Shown piece by piece: positions 20,942-30,504 of a stretch of 64,000 nt of DNA. The stretch lies in assembly GCA_044376115.1 (NCBI GenBank), contig JBILLK010000028.1:32001-96000 (forward strand), read 5' to 3'. Within the stretch, counting starts at the first letter, position 1. The number at the start of each line of letters is the position of its first letter. The notes under the pieces were generated by a model, which worked only from the letters and a program-made list of their open reading frames with translations, was not told the origin of the DNA and searched no databases. The position numbers were made by a program, and so were the translations under genes. This stretch comes from Polyangiaceae bacterium (GTDB lineage Bacteria; Myxococcota_A; Polyangia; Polyangiales; Polyangiaceae).

Positions 20942-21622
20942 GTGCTCAGCCCTCGAATCGGCCTAACGCTGTTGCTCTTGCTGGCTTGTTGCAACAGCGA
21001 CCGGCCACGGAAAGCGCGCGAGGAAGATTCGAGTGAGGAGGTCGAGGAAAAACCGCGCAAGAAGCCGCGCAAAGCCGATTCGGCGAAGGGACCCGTGGTG
21101 CACTTCGACGAGCCAGCGGCGCCCACCGTCAGGCCGCAGGTGAGCTTTGAGCCTGTTGCGCCGCAGGCGCCCAAGGTGGCCCCCGAGTTCGACTTCCTCG
21201 GCGGTGCCGCGACCCGCATCGCTCCCGCGCTCGCCCAGAGGCCAGCACCGTTGCGGCTCACCGAGGTGGTCGTGCGGCAGGAGCGCGTGGACGTTGAGTA
21301 CATCGCGCCCGACGCAAAGCGCGTGTTCGCCTTCACCCTCAGCGGAGAGTCCTCACGCGAGAGCAAACCGCCGTTGATTCAGCCGAGCGAGGCCGAGCTC
21401 CCGGCGTTGGCCTTCGGTAGTTCCGACGTGGATTGGGCCAAGCTGCCGAGCCTCGCGAAGACAGCACAGGAGCGCGTACCCGAGTCCGAAGGCCTCTCGC
21501 ACGTCGTGATTCAGCGTTTCTTGCCTTTTCACAAGGACGTTCAGATTCGCGTCTTCGTCCTGCCCAAGGGCTACGCCGACTTCACTGCGCGCGGTGCGTT
21601 TCTCGCGGCCCAAGCGAAATAA
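20942..21622 (+). CDS. Hypothetical lipoprotein
   Basis: LLACC lipobox; TACGCT 6 nt before GTG. Confidence 0.75.
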   Translation: MLSPRIGLTLLLLLACCNSDRPRKAREEDSSEEVEEKPRKKPRKADSAKGPVVHFDEPAAPTVRPQVSFEPVAPQAPKVAPEFDFLGGAATRIAPALAQRPAPLRLTEVVVRQERVDVEYIAPDAKRVFAFTLSGESSRESKPPLIQPSEAELPALAFGSSDVDWAKLPSLAKTAQERVPESEGLSHVVIQRFLPFHKDVQIRVFVLPKGYADFTARGAFLAAQAK

Positions 21623-21711
21623 CGAGCCTTGCAACCAGCGCGAAGGAGCGCTCGTAGTCAAGGAGCGCCCTGTGCGTTAGGCTGAGGGCTTCGTTTCGCT
21701 GTAGGAGAAGT

Positions 21712-22506
21712 ATGGGCCAACTGAAAGCAAAGGGTGCCTGGCTTGCCGGAAGCGCGCTCCTTGCACTTGCCGCTTGCGGGGAGGATTCGTCCTCAGCCAG
21801 CAGCGGTGGGGGCAACGGAGGCAGCGGTGGTGAGGCTGGAAGCAACGGAACAGCGGGTTCCGGTAATTCGAGTAACAGCGCCGGCGGTGGTGAAGGTGGC
21901 GGCATCGTCATCCCCGAAGGCGGTGGAGGCAGCGGCGGGGGCGCGAATCTCACCTGCACGACGCCGGGAGAGCCGGGCACGATCTACGAACTGGAAGCCG
22001 AGTCGCAGAGCATCGACATCTTCGAGCCGGTACCGATGTGCATCTACCGCGACGACGTCTTACTCGTCGTCAACGTAGCGGCCTTATGAGGCTCAACGCC
22101 TCAAATGGCGGGCCTCCAGGTCTTGGAGGAAACGTTTGCGAATCAGGGTTTTCACGTTCTCGGTTTCTACAGCAACGACTTCGGCAATCAGGGTGGCACT
22201 GAAGAACAAATCGAGGGCTGCACGGGACAATACGCCGTCACCTTCGACCAGTTCGCTACTGATCACGTCATCGACACGGATGGGGCTGGTCCCATCGTGC
22301 CGCAACCCGTTTGGGAGTGGCTCTCCCAGCAGCAGCTCTACTCAGCGCCTGATTGGAACTTCCACAAGTACCTCATCTCGCGCACTGGCGAGCTCGTGGC
22401 GTACTTTCCGCGCTCGGTCTACCCCGGAGATGATCCGGCGAACCCCAACGACAGCTTCGACACCAACGCCGTCGTCGTGGCCATCCAGGCGGAGATCGCA
22501 AAGTAA
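21712..22506 (+). CDS. Selenocysteine-containing glutathione peroxidase-family lipoprotein (Sec126 = TGA 22087-22089)
   Basis: ORFs 21712-22089 and 22105-22506 are in one frame; read-through gives LLVVNVAAL-U-GSTPQ...VLGFYSNDFGNQ...WNFHKYLI; SECIS-like hairpin follows; LAAC lipobox; AGGAG RBS. Confidence 0.92.
22102..22138 (+). promoter_or_regulatory. Bacterial SECIS-like stem-loop
   Basis: Upper stem CCTCCA(22113-18)/TGGAGG(22124-29) with GGTCT loop; lower stem CAAATG/CGTTTG; loop starts 29 nt after the UGA. Confidence 0.85.
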
Positions 22507-22568
22507 CCGGCGCGTGCATTGCGCTTGCGTAGCGGGGTGTGAGCCTGAATCATCGGCCGCACCTCGCT

Positions 22569-23531
22569 ATGCTTTGTCTGCGTGTCCTCCGCTCACTCAC
22601 CGTCGCGGGAGCCCTGCTCGCCGCTGCACCGTGTTGGGCTGAGGAGCCTGCCAAGCCGGCCGACGCAAGTGAGCCGCAAGCGCCTCGTGTGGTGCGCATC
22701 GCTTTCACGCGAGCCGCAGCCGAGAAGCTCAATGCGCTGCGGGTGCGGCGGCTGGTCGAGCTGCAGCTCGGCAACGATCTCGAGGTCGATCCGGAGCCCT
22801 CCGGCCCACTCGACGAGAACGCCATCCGCGTCTTCATCGAGCTCGACGAGACCACGGTGCGCGTGCAAGCGCATGCGCCAGGCCGTCGCATCGAGTCGCG
22901 GCCGGTCGCCGTGGAAGGCGTCGCCTGGGAGGTCGCGACCCGCTTCGTGGCCATCACCGCTAGCGAGCTGGTGAAGAGCCTGGCCATTCCGCCGAGGAAG
23001 CCCAAGCCCGCAACGCCAAGCGCGTCGGAGCGTGCGCTCGTCGAGGCCGAGAAGCCGCGGCTCGAGGTCTCGAGTTCGTTGGAGTTCGCCTACTGGGCCG
23101 GTGAAGAGAGCGTGGCGCTCGGTTCGAGGTTGCGCGCGTCGTTCCACGAACGGCTGGTTTCTGGCTCGCTCTCGGTCGCCGCGTTCGGCTCACCCAGCAG
23201 CGCCTCGGCCTACGAGACCGAACTTGCGGTGCTGCATCAGTTTTGGCTGACGCCCGAGCTGCGCATCTCGCCGGGCCTCGGCCTGGGCTTGCTGATCATG
23301 CCGGAGACGCCACGAAAGCAGGACCTCACGCTGGGCCTGCGGGCGCATGCGCTTGGTCAGCTCGACGTACAAATCGACCCCAAAACGTGGTTTCGCTTTG
23401 GGGTCGAGCCTGGCTTCACGGTTGAACCAGCCAGCGGCGCTGTTGGCGCGTGGTTCGGTGCAAGCGCGTCCATCAGCTTTGAGGACGCGCTCTGGATCAG
23501 CCGCGGTTCTCCCGCGCAGCCTCCATCATGA
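22569..23531 (+). CDS. Secreted hypothetical protein with possible C-terminal beta-barrel
   Basis: Signal peptide (APCWA); coherent ORF; 3' end overlaps the convergent gene by 35 nt. Confidence 0.7.
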   Translation: MLCLRVLRSLTVAGALLAAAPCWAEEPAKPADASEPQAPRVVRIAFTRAAAEKLNALRVRRLVELQLGNDLEVDPEPSGPLDENAIRVFIELDETTVRVQAHAPGRRIESRPVAVEGVAWEVATRFVAITASELVKSLAIPPRKPKPATPSASERALVEAEKPRLEVSSSLEFAYWAGEESVALGSRLRASFHERLVSGSLSVAAFGSPSSASAYETELAVLHQFWLTPELRISPGLGLGLLIMPETPRKQDLTLGLRAHALGQLDVQIDPKTWFRFGVEPGFTVEPASGAVGAWFGASASISFEDALWISRGSPAQPPS

Positions 23532-24300
23532 GGGCGAACACACCGAGCGCGACGGCGAAGCGCGGATCCATACGGTTCTGATTCTGCGACAAGTCCAAGG
23601 TGAACTCCTTGACGAAGAAGCGGAACACCTGACGAATGGCGCCGACTTGCTGCCCTTGCAGCTCGATCTTCCAGGTGCCGAGCAGCAGCGGGATGAAGCG
23701 ACGCAATAGCGAGTTGCCCGTCTCTTCACACATACCCACGACCTGCTCGTACGGGTCCATCAGCTCGAAGGTATCGCGCAAAATGGACTTCAACGCGCGC
23801 CGACGGATCGACCCGACCATCTGACCGTTGGCAGCGTCAAACACGTCAAAGTTGATGTTCAGGCCGATCATCTGCCGGGCCTTGATCATCATCAGCGGAA
23901 CGCGCTCGCTCTCGTCGGTGTAGATGGTGAACTCTTGCTTGAGCTTGAGCAGCGGGTGCTTGACGAAGGCAACCAGCGAACCATCCGGCGCATAGACGTG
24001 GAACTTGCGCCCAAGAAAGGACCAGAACGGCCGCTTGATGGTGAGTACCGGGTGCATCGCGAGCGGCGACATCATCGCTTGCTGGCCTTGGTGCACCATG
24101 CCCTGCTGCGGGTAACCCTGCTGCTGACCTTGCTGCGGGTAACCCTGCTGCTGACCTTGCTGCGGGTAACCCTGCTGCTGACCTTGCTGCGGGTAACCCT
24201 GCTGCTGACCTTGCTGCGGGTAACCCTGCTGCTGACCTTGCTGCGGGTAACCTTGTTGACCGTATCCAGGAGGAGGGCCGTAGCCCGGGGGTCCTTGCAT
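23497..24300 (-). CDS. Scramblase/LURP-one (tubby-C)-like protein with N-terminal GYPQQGQQQ repeats (alternative ATG 24321)
   Basis: Repeated beta units ([31 protein letters not shown]) and terminal [10 protein letters not shown] helix. Confidence 0.78.
   Translation of the reverse strand: MQGPPGYGPPPGYGQQGYPQQGQQQGYPQQGQQQGYPQQGQQQGYPQQGQQQGYPQQGQQQGYPQQGMVHQGQQAMMSPLAMHPVLTIKRPFWSFLGRKFHVYAPDGSLVAFVKHPLLKLKQEFTIYTDESERVPLMMIKARQMIGLNINFDVFDAANGQMVGSIRRRALKSILRDTFELMDPYEQVVGMCEETGNSLLRRFIPLLLGTWKIELQGQQVGAIRQVFRFFVKEFTLDLSQNQNRMDPRFAVALGVFALMMEAARENRG
24104..24252. repeat. Perfect 27-bp coding tandem repeat, 5.5 copies
   Basis: Unit tgctgcgggtaaccctgctgctgacct, adjacent copies with no spacers. 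Confidence 0.97.
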
Positions 24301-24469
24301 CTGCGTAATCTCCGCGCGCATCTGACGCTTTGAGCGCAGCGATGGCAAGCGCGATGATGCCGGCGCGCGACACAACGAGACCGGGCGATCCAGGCGCTGC
24401 ACCTACACACCCACGCGCCCGAAAGCGGTGATCGTTTTTCGTTGAAGATTGTCTGTTACAATCAGGTTG

Positions 24470-25003
24470 GTGTTTTTCCGTGGGTTGTACGGCGGAATCC
24501 TAAGCTTGGGCTTGGTCTCCTGCGGCTTCGATTGGTCGCTCCCGAGCGGAGGCGCCGGCGGCAGCTTCACCACCTCCACCGCAGGCAGCGGCGAGGGGTC
24601 GAACGGTGGCGCTGGCCACGAGGGTGGCAGCCCGAGCGCCGGCGGGCTCGGCGGACTCGGCGGACTCAATGGCGGTGGCGGAAGCGGTGGTAACGCCAGC
24701 GGGCCGGGCGGGAGCGCGAGCGGCCCGGGAGGAGGCGGTCCAACCTGCAACGCCTGCGCGCTCGACAACATCGACGACAGCTTCTTGTGTCAGGTGGTGA
24801 AGGTCGATTGGGGCATGACGGCGAGCCAGGTCGCGGACGTCAAAGCCGCGGTCGAGTCGCCGCAGCTGGTGGAAGAGTGGGCCTCCTTCGGGGACTGCCA
24901 AGCCTTGGATGAGTTGCTCACCTGCGCGGTCTGCACCGATGGTTGCACCTCGCTTTGTGCGACGCAGTTCCCCGACCAATGCTCTGTCTCGCTTTGCCCT
25001 TGA
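24470..25003 (+). CDS. Gly-rich/Cys-rich hypothetical lipoprotein
   Basis: LVSC lipobox, Gly-rich linker, Cys-rich C-terminus; TACAAT 7 nt before GTG 24470. Confidence 0.72.
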   Translation: MFFRGLYGGILSLGLVSCGFDWSLPSGGAGGSFTTSTAGSGEGSNGGAGHEGGSPSAGGLGGLGGLNGGGGSGGNASGPGGSASGPGGGGPTCNACALDNIDDSFLCQVVKVDWGMTASQVADVKAAVESPQLVEEWASFGDCQALDELLTCAVCTDGCTSLCATQFPDQCSVSLCP

Positions 25004-25008
25004 GGCCT

Positions 25009-26346
25009 ATGCGACACGACGGCCCGACAGCACCGATCGCCTCGACGAGCTCGCTCAAACGCGCGCCTATCGCGGCCTTGATTCGCGTGCTGGATGCCTC
25101 GGCGCAGCCAACCAGCTTCTTGCTACGAAGCGGGGTGTGCACCATCGGTTCGTCGCGCAGCTCCGATATCGTCGTGAGCGAGACCACGGTTTCGCGGGCG
25201 CACGTTGAGCTGGAGTTGGACGCCGAAGGCGTCGCCGTGCGCGATCTAGGAAGCCGCAACGGCACGTTCTACCTGGGCCAACGCATCGAGCGCGCGGTGC
25301 TCAGCTTTGGTGCGCGAATTCGGGTTGGAGCGGTCACCGTGGCGATCGAAGCCGACGCCGATGCGCTCAACGTGCTCTTGCCCAAAGAGACGCCCGACTA
25401 CGGCAACTTGGTCGGCGGCTCGTTGGTCATGCGCCGGCTGTTCGCGATGTTGATGCGCCTCGAGGGCTCGCTGGCAACGGTGCTGATCCAAGGAGAAAGC
25501 GGTTGCGGCAAAGAGTTGGTTGCCCAGGCCCTGCACGATCAAAGCAAGGTGAACCAAGGCGCTTTCGTGGCCCTCAATTGTGGCGCCCTTCCGCGCGAGA
25601 CTCTGGCCAGCGAGCTATTCGGTCATCGCAAAGGCGCCTTCACCGGGGCGCTCGAGTCGCGTCGCGGAGCCTTTGAGAGCGCCGACGGCGGGACGCTCTT
25701 CCTCGATGAAATTGGCGAGCTTCCCCTGGAGATCCAGCCGCATTTGTTGCGGGCGATCGAGCTCGGGGAGATTCGGCCGTTGGGGGAGGACAAGCCGAAG
25801 CGAGTGAAGGTGCGGCTGATCGCTGCCACCAACCGCGAGCTCGAGGCGGAGGTGAAGGCCGGTCGCTTCCGACAGGACCTGTTCTTCCGGTTGGCCGTGG
25901 TGCGCCTCTCGGTGCCAGCGCTGCGCGAACGACGCGAGGACATCGAGGCGTTGGCGCAGGGGTTCGCCGCCAAGGCGGGAGCAGGACTGCTACCGACCGA
26001 TCTGATCGAATCACTCAAGGCGCGCGACTTCCCGGGCAACGTCCGCGAGCTCAAGAACGTGATCGAGTCGTACGCGGCGCTTGGCTTCGTCACTCACGCA
26101 AGTGCGAGCCCCGCCACCGACTCGCTCGAAGCGAGCTTCAGACAGCTCGTTGATTTGAGCCGGCCCTACGCCGAACAAAAAGAAGAAGTGCTCGAGCGCT
26201 TCACGGCCGTGTATCTGCACGCCTTGCTCGCCAGCACCGGCGGCAATCAAAGTGAGGCCGCGAAGATCTCCGGGCTGAATCGCGGCTACATCGGTCGCTT
26301 GCTGGCAAAGCACGGTCAACGTGGTCGCGGCGAGGGGGCTTCCTAG
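25009..26346 (+). CDS. FHA-domain sigma54-dependent enhancer-binding protein
   Basis: FHA (VSRAH, DLGSRNGT), GESGCGKE, SELFGH.KGAFTGA, LFLDEIGE, FPGNVREL, C-terminal HTH. Confidence 0.95.
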   Translation: MRHDGPTAPIASTSSLKRAPIAALIRVLDASAQPTSFLLRSGVCTIGSSRSSDIVVSETTVSRAHVELELDAEGVAVRDLGSRNGTFYLGQRIERAVLSFGARIRVGAVTVAIEADADALNVLLPKETPDYGNLVGGSLVMRRLFAMLMRLEGSLATVLIQGESGCGKELVAQALHDQSKVNQGAFVALNCGALPRETLASELFGHRKGAFTGALESRRGAFESADGGTLFLDEIGELPLEIQPHLLRAIELGEIRPLGEDKPKRVKVRLIAATNRELEAEVKAGRFRQDLFFRLAVVRLSVPALRERREDIEALAQGFAAKAGAGLLPTDLIESLKARDFPGNVRELKNVIESYAALGFVTHASASPATDSLEASFRQLVDLSRPYAEQKEEVLERFTAVYLHALLASTGGNQSEAAKISGLNRGYIGRLLAKHGQRGRGEGAS

Positions 26347-27953
26347 TGGACTCCGCGTCTTGCTACTCGATCATCAAGCCCATCGCCTCCGGCGGGATGG
26401 GCACCGTCTATCTGGGCAAGCGCGAAGGGTTGGGCGGCTTTTCCCGCGTGGTTGCGCTCAAACGTGCGCACGCCGATCTCGCGCTCAAGCCGGCGGTGCA
26501 ACGTCGATTCACGCGCGAAGCCAACGCCGCTTCGCTGCTTCATCACGCCAACGTGGTGGCGGTGGTGGACGTGTTCAGCAAGGACGGCGACACCTGGTTG
26601 GTGCTCGATTGGGTGGACGGGGTCAACCTGGCCGAGCTGCTCACGCAACATGGTCAGCTGCCGATCGGTGTTGCCTTGCGCATCGTGCTCGACGCCTGCA
26701 ACGGTCTGTCCGCCGCGCATGAACTGCGCGTGGACGATGCGCCGCTCGGCCTGCAACATCGCGACGTTTCGCCCGGCAACATCTTGGTCGGAAGGGACGG
26801 TGTGGCGCGTCTCGCGGACTTCGGCCTTTCACGCACGCTCGATACGACGCTCACCAACACCGAAGATCGCTTCCTCGAGGGCAAGCTCGGTTACCTCGCG
26901 CCGGAGCTCTTTCAAGGCAAAGACTTCGACGTTCGCTGCGATCTCTTCGCGCTGGGGGTGGTGGCTTGGGAGGCAGCAGCGGGCATGCGGCTGTTCCGCG
27001 CCAAGAGCCTCACCAAGCTGATGGCAGAGCAACGTGCACCCACGAAGCTCTCGGCCATCTACCCGAAGCTCGCCTGGCTCGAGCCTGTGATTGAACGGGC
27101 GATCGCCTTTGACCCAGCAGCACGCGTCGCCAGCGTCCGCGAGTTCGCCAACCTACTACAAGCCGCAGCGCTGGCGCACGGTGCACTCAGCAGCGCTGAA
27201 GACGTTGCTCGCTTCATGTTGGGCACCAAGCTCGAGCCCTCCGAGCCTTCACAAACGCCGCTCAACCCCAGCCTTCGTGAGCTCACCCCAGCGACCGGAC
27301 CGCTACTCGAATCGATCAGCGTGGAGGTCGAGCGCGACCTAGCGGCTTCGCAAAGCCGCACCGAGGCAGACGCTCTGCTGACGAGCAGCGTGATGGCGCC
27401 CTCCGTGGCGAACCTAGCGCCAATCAACTCGCCGCCCGTGCTGATCGCCGAGCCGGTGGTTGCGACAGCCGCAGCGCCGAGCGAACCCGCACCAACGGTG
27501 GAAGAGGCGCCCACCCCGGCCGCCGTCGTTCCGCTGAGGCCCGCTGTGAGCGAGCCACTTTCGCTGTCGACCTCGGTGAGCGGCCATTTTGCGAAACCGC
27601 GACCAACCGCTTGGATCGCAGGCCTCGCGGCCGCGCTGGGCCTCTCGATTGGGCTGATCGCTTTGACACAAAGCGCAGAGCCTGGAGCGCCGTCCTCGAG
27701 AGCAGCGCCGTCGTTTGCGACCAACGCGCCGACACCTGTAAAACCGTCGGCAACACCCAGCGTCAGCTCTACACAGGCGAGCTCGGTGGCAGCGATCGTG
27801 ATCGGGCCGGACGAGGCGGAGAGCGCGCGCGTACGCGAGCGCGAGCTAAGGCCAAGCGCCGACAAGCCGGTCGAGCTTCGCGTAGTTCCGAGCGAGCCGG
27901 TCCCGGCCTCGAACTCCAAGTTGCCAACCAACCCCTACCGCAAGAAGAACTAG
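26346..27953 (+). CDS. Membrane Ser/Thr protein kinase
   Basis: ASGGMG, VALK, HRDVSPGN, DFG, GKLGYLAPE; TM helix; TAGTG overlap with the upstream gene. Confidence 0.93.
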   Translation: MDSASCYSIIKPIASGGMGTVYLGKREGLGGFSRVVALKRAHADLALKPAVQRRFTREANAASLLHHANVVAVVDVFSKDGDTWLVLDWVDGVNLAELLTQHGQLPIGVALRIVLDACNGLSAAHELRVDDAPLGLQHRDVSPGNILVGRDGVARLADFGLSRTLDTTLTNTEDRFLEGKLGYLAPELFQGKDFDVRCDLFALGVVAWEAAAGMRLFRAKSLTKLMAEQRAPTKLSAIYPKLAWLEPVIERAIAFDPAARVASVREFANLLQAAALAHGALSSAEDVARFMLGTKLEPSEPSQTPLNPSLRELTPATGPLLESISVEVERDLAASQSRTEADALLTSSVMAPSVANLAPINSPPVLIAEPVVATAAAPSEPAPTVEEAPTPAAVVPLRPAVSEPLSLSTSVSGHFAKPRPTAWIAGLAAALGLSIGLIALTQSAEPGAPSSRAAPSFATNAPTPVKPSATPSVSSTQASSVAAIVIGPDEAESARVRERELRPSADKPVELRVVPSEPVPASNSKLPTNPYRKKN

Positions 27954-28840
27954 TGGCCAGCCGGGGAAGCCAGCTCATGGTCGCTCTCAGCTTGGTGATT
28001 GCGCTACGCGCCGAGGCGCAAAACGAATCTCGCGAGGAGCAAGCAGCGCGCCTTTACGACTCTGGGGTGGCCGCACATGACCGCGGTGATCTCGCCGCCG
28101 CAGCCCGTTATTTCGCCGAGGCCGACGAGTTGCTGCCCAACGATGTGACCTTGGAGACGGCGCTGCGTGAGGCCCTACGCGCCGATCAACCGGTGCTCGG
28201 CATGCGCCTTCACGCTCGCGCCGCACGCGCGCTTTCACCGGCACCGAGCCTGCGCGCCGCGATGTCCGAAGTGCTCGCAAACTTCGGCGAGCGAGTTGCG
28301 TGGCTGCGCGTTGATTGCGACGGCTGCGAAGCCCAACTCGGCGAGGAGACGCTCGAGCTGGCGAAAGAAACACCGGTGGAGCCGGGCTCACTAGCGGTGG
28401 TGCTGTTGAACGGCGATGCGCGCGAGCGCGTTGAGTTCAGCTTGCAGCCCGGGGAACACAAACGCATCCGTCCCACCGACAAGGCGGCGACTCCCTCGCC
28501 GCCGATGGAGGTGCCATCGGCTGGGCTTCACCCGGCCTGGCTCACCATCGGCATCGTTCCCACCGTGGTGTTCGGCGCTGCCGCGCTGGGCTCCTTCATT
28601 CAGGCTTCGTCGCTCGAAGGCCAACTCGCCGACAAGCGCGCGCTCAATCAGCTCGAGGGCGCCGAGGAGATCAAGCGCGACGGTGAGAGCGCCGAAGTGC
28701 GCATCTACGCCTTTACTGCGTTGACCGCCGTCAGCGCGATCGTCACTGGCGCGCTGGCGATCTGGGCGGTGGATTGGTCCGGTGGCTCCGCCCAGGTCGG
28801 CGTCTCGCTCAATGGCGCCACGGCGAAGATAGCATTCTAA
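27953..28840 (+). CDS. TPR/PEGA-like secreted or membrane protein
   Basis: Signal peptide, TPR-like ARLYDSGVAA..GDLAAAARYFAEA, C-terminal hydrophobic helices; coupled to the kinase gene. Confidence 0.72.
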   Translation: MASRGSQLMVALSLVIALRAEAQNESREEQAARLYDSGVAAHDRGDLAAAARYFAEADELLPNDVTLETALREALRADQPVLGMRLHARAARALSPAPSLRAAMSEVLANFGERVAWLRVDCDGCEAQLGEETLELAKETPVEPGSLAVVLLNGDARERVEFSLQPGEHKRIRPTDKAATPSPPMEVPSAGLHPAWLTIGIVPTVVFGAAALGSFIQASSLEGQLADKRALNQLEGAEEIKRDGESAEVRIYAFTALTAVSAIVTGALAIWAVDWSGGSAQVGVSLNGATAKIAF

Positions 28841-28870
28841 ATTTAGTTAGGTATTGCGGTTCGCTAACCG

Positions 28871-30448
28871 TCATTCAAAAACCGATGCTTCGCCATCGAG
28901 CGTGAGCGTCGAGCAGCCAACGCCGTCGAAGCCAGCTGGCCCGCCATCGGCCGGCATGCCTGGTGGACCACCGGTTCCGGGCTGCAGGGAAACCGAGCCC
29001 TCCAAAAGAAGCGTCGAGGAAGGACTCAAAAGGATAGCGCTTGAAAGTCCACCCGGACCGCCACCGCCCGGACCACCAGCACCTCCGTTACCGCCATTAC
29101 CACCAACACATGCGACGGAGCTACCGCTCGGAGGGCCAGGGAGACCACCTTGCCCGCCGGCTCCGCCCGGTTGCCCGGGGCTTCCAGTGCCACCCGGACC
29201 GCCCACGCTGCTCGCGATCAAGCTTTGATTCAACAGGAGCTCGGAAACGCCCAAGAGCACAACGCCGAAGGAGCCTCCACCGCCATCTCCCGAATAGCCG
29301 CCGACTCCCGCACAACCGCCAGCACCTCCTCCACCGCCGCCTGGTCCTCGCATGCCCGCGGCACAGCCCTTTGCGCCGCCGCCACCACCGCCACCGCCAC
29401 CCGGTTGGCCGCCGGCGGCAACAGCATCAAGGCCACTTGGCACGAGATAGCCGCTGTCGCTCAAGGTACCCCACCGCGTTAGAACGGGCCCGCTGGGGCC
29501 AGCGACACCGGTACCACCGGTTTGGCCGTTGGTGCACGCTCCACTCGTTTGCCCCAACCCACCAACGCCACCGAGTAAGCCCGCGCCGACCTGCCCGTTG
29601 AAGCCGCTCGCTCCAGTGCCACCGTTTCCTCCGTCACCGCCGGCGGAGCTTCCGCACGGACTGGGACCTCCCACTCCCGGGGAAGTTTGCGAGCTGCACG
29701 AGTTCAACCCAGATCCACCAGCATTCCCTGGGACACCTGAACCGACCGGCGGGAGGCCGCTGGCGCCCATGCTTCCTGTTCCGGCGACCACCACCGAATC
29801 GAGCAAGGCGAGCGAGCCATCAAACACCTGGATACCCACTGAACTTGCCGAGGGCGAGATAGCGTCAGGGGCGTAAACGGCGACGCCTTGCAAGGTGACG
29901 TTACCTCTGACTGTCAACACCGGCAGATCTGGGACCCCAACAAAACTTGCCCGTGGCAGCGACGGATTGAAGACCCAGCTACCGCACTCGAGTTGGCCAA
30001 AGATCGAAACGTTGGGCGGCAACTGAATGGCTCCCGGTTCGAGCTTCAACCCGCCGCAGATGTAGATGTTCGTTTCACCGTTCTGCGCGAGATCGAGCGC
30101 CACGTCGAACGAGGTAGGCGAACCAATCGTTCCCGAGCCGTCGCGACCCGGAGCCACGAAAATTCCGCACTCGGCTCCGATCGCCACCTCGGAGGTTGGA
30201 ACGCAGCTAACGGGGATACCGCCTCCCTCCCCACCCATACCCGCGGTTCCACCCATACCCGCGGTTCCGCCCATGCCCGCGGTCCCGCCCATTCCGGCAG
30301 CCCCGGCAGCCCCACCATCGCCACCCACTCCACCGCTACCAGCTGAACCGGCCTGGCCCCCGGTAGACAAGAACCCCTCGGTATCAAAGACCAAGGAGCA
30401 GCCGCTGCCAGCAAAAAGCAGTGCCGTGAAAAAGCTGAGCGCTCTCAT
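28871..30448 (-). CDS. Gly-rich (PE-PGRS-like) secreted lipoprotein
   Basis: GSGC lipobox-like signal, GMGGTA repeats, GGGGGGGG and GGAGGC tracts, beta-helix-like middle region. Confidence 0.8.
   Translation of the reverse strand: MRALSFFTALLFAGSGCSLVFDTEGFLSTGGQAGSAGSGGVGGDGGAAGAAGMGGTAGMGGTAGMGGTAGMGGEGGGIPVSCVPTSEVAIGAECGIFVAPGRDGSGTIGSPTSFDVALDLAQNGETNIYICGGLKLEPGAIQLPPNVSIFGQLECGSWVFNPSLPRASFVGVPDLPVLTVRGNVTLQGVAVYAPDAISPSASSVGIQVFDGSLALLDSVVVAGTGSMGASGLPPVGSGVPGNAGGSGLNSCSSQTSPGVGGPSPCGSSAGGDGGNGGTGASGFNGQVGAGLLGGVGGLGQTSGACTNGQTGGTGVAGPSGPVLTRWGTLSDSGYLVPSGLDAVAAGGQPGGGGGGGGGAKGCAAGMRGPGGGGGGAGGCAGVGGYSGDGGGGSFGVVLLGVSELLLNQSLIASSVGGPGGTGSPGQPGGAGGQGGLPGPPSGSSVACVGGNGGNGGAGGPGGGGPGGLSSAILLSPSSTLLLEGSVSLQPGTGGPPGMPADGGPAGFDGVGCSTLTLDGEASVFE
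30231..30293. repeat. 18-bp coding tandem repeat (GMGGTA), about 3.5 copies
   Basis: ccacccatacccgcggtt x2 exact, then degenerate copies. Confidence 0.85.
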
Positions 30449-30504
30449 TGGCTGAGCCTAGAGCAATTGGCGGACAAGACAGCCGACGCCGAATCAGCAG
30501 CGCT

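Noticed and set aside
21712..22506. GPx pseudogene or two separate genes
   Set aside because: The stop is UGA exactly at the catalytic position and is followed by a SECIS-like hairpin; both halves are intact
24104..24252. CRISPR array
   Set aside because: Units are contiguous with no spacers, in frame within a CDS, and no cas genes are present
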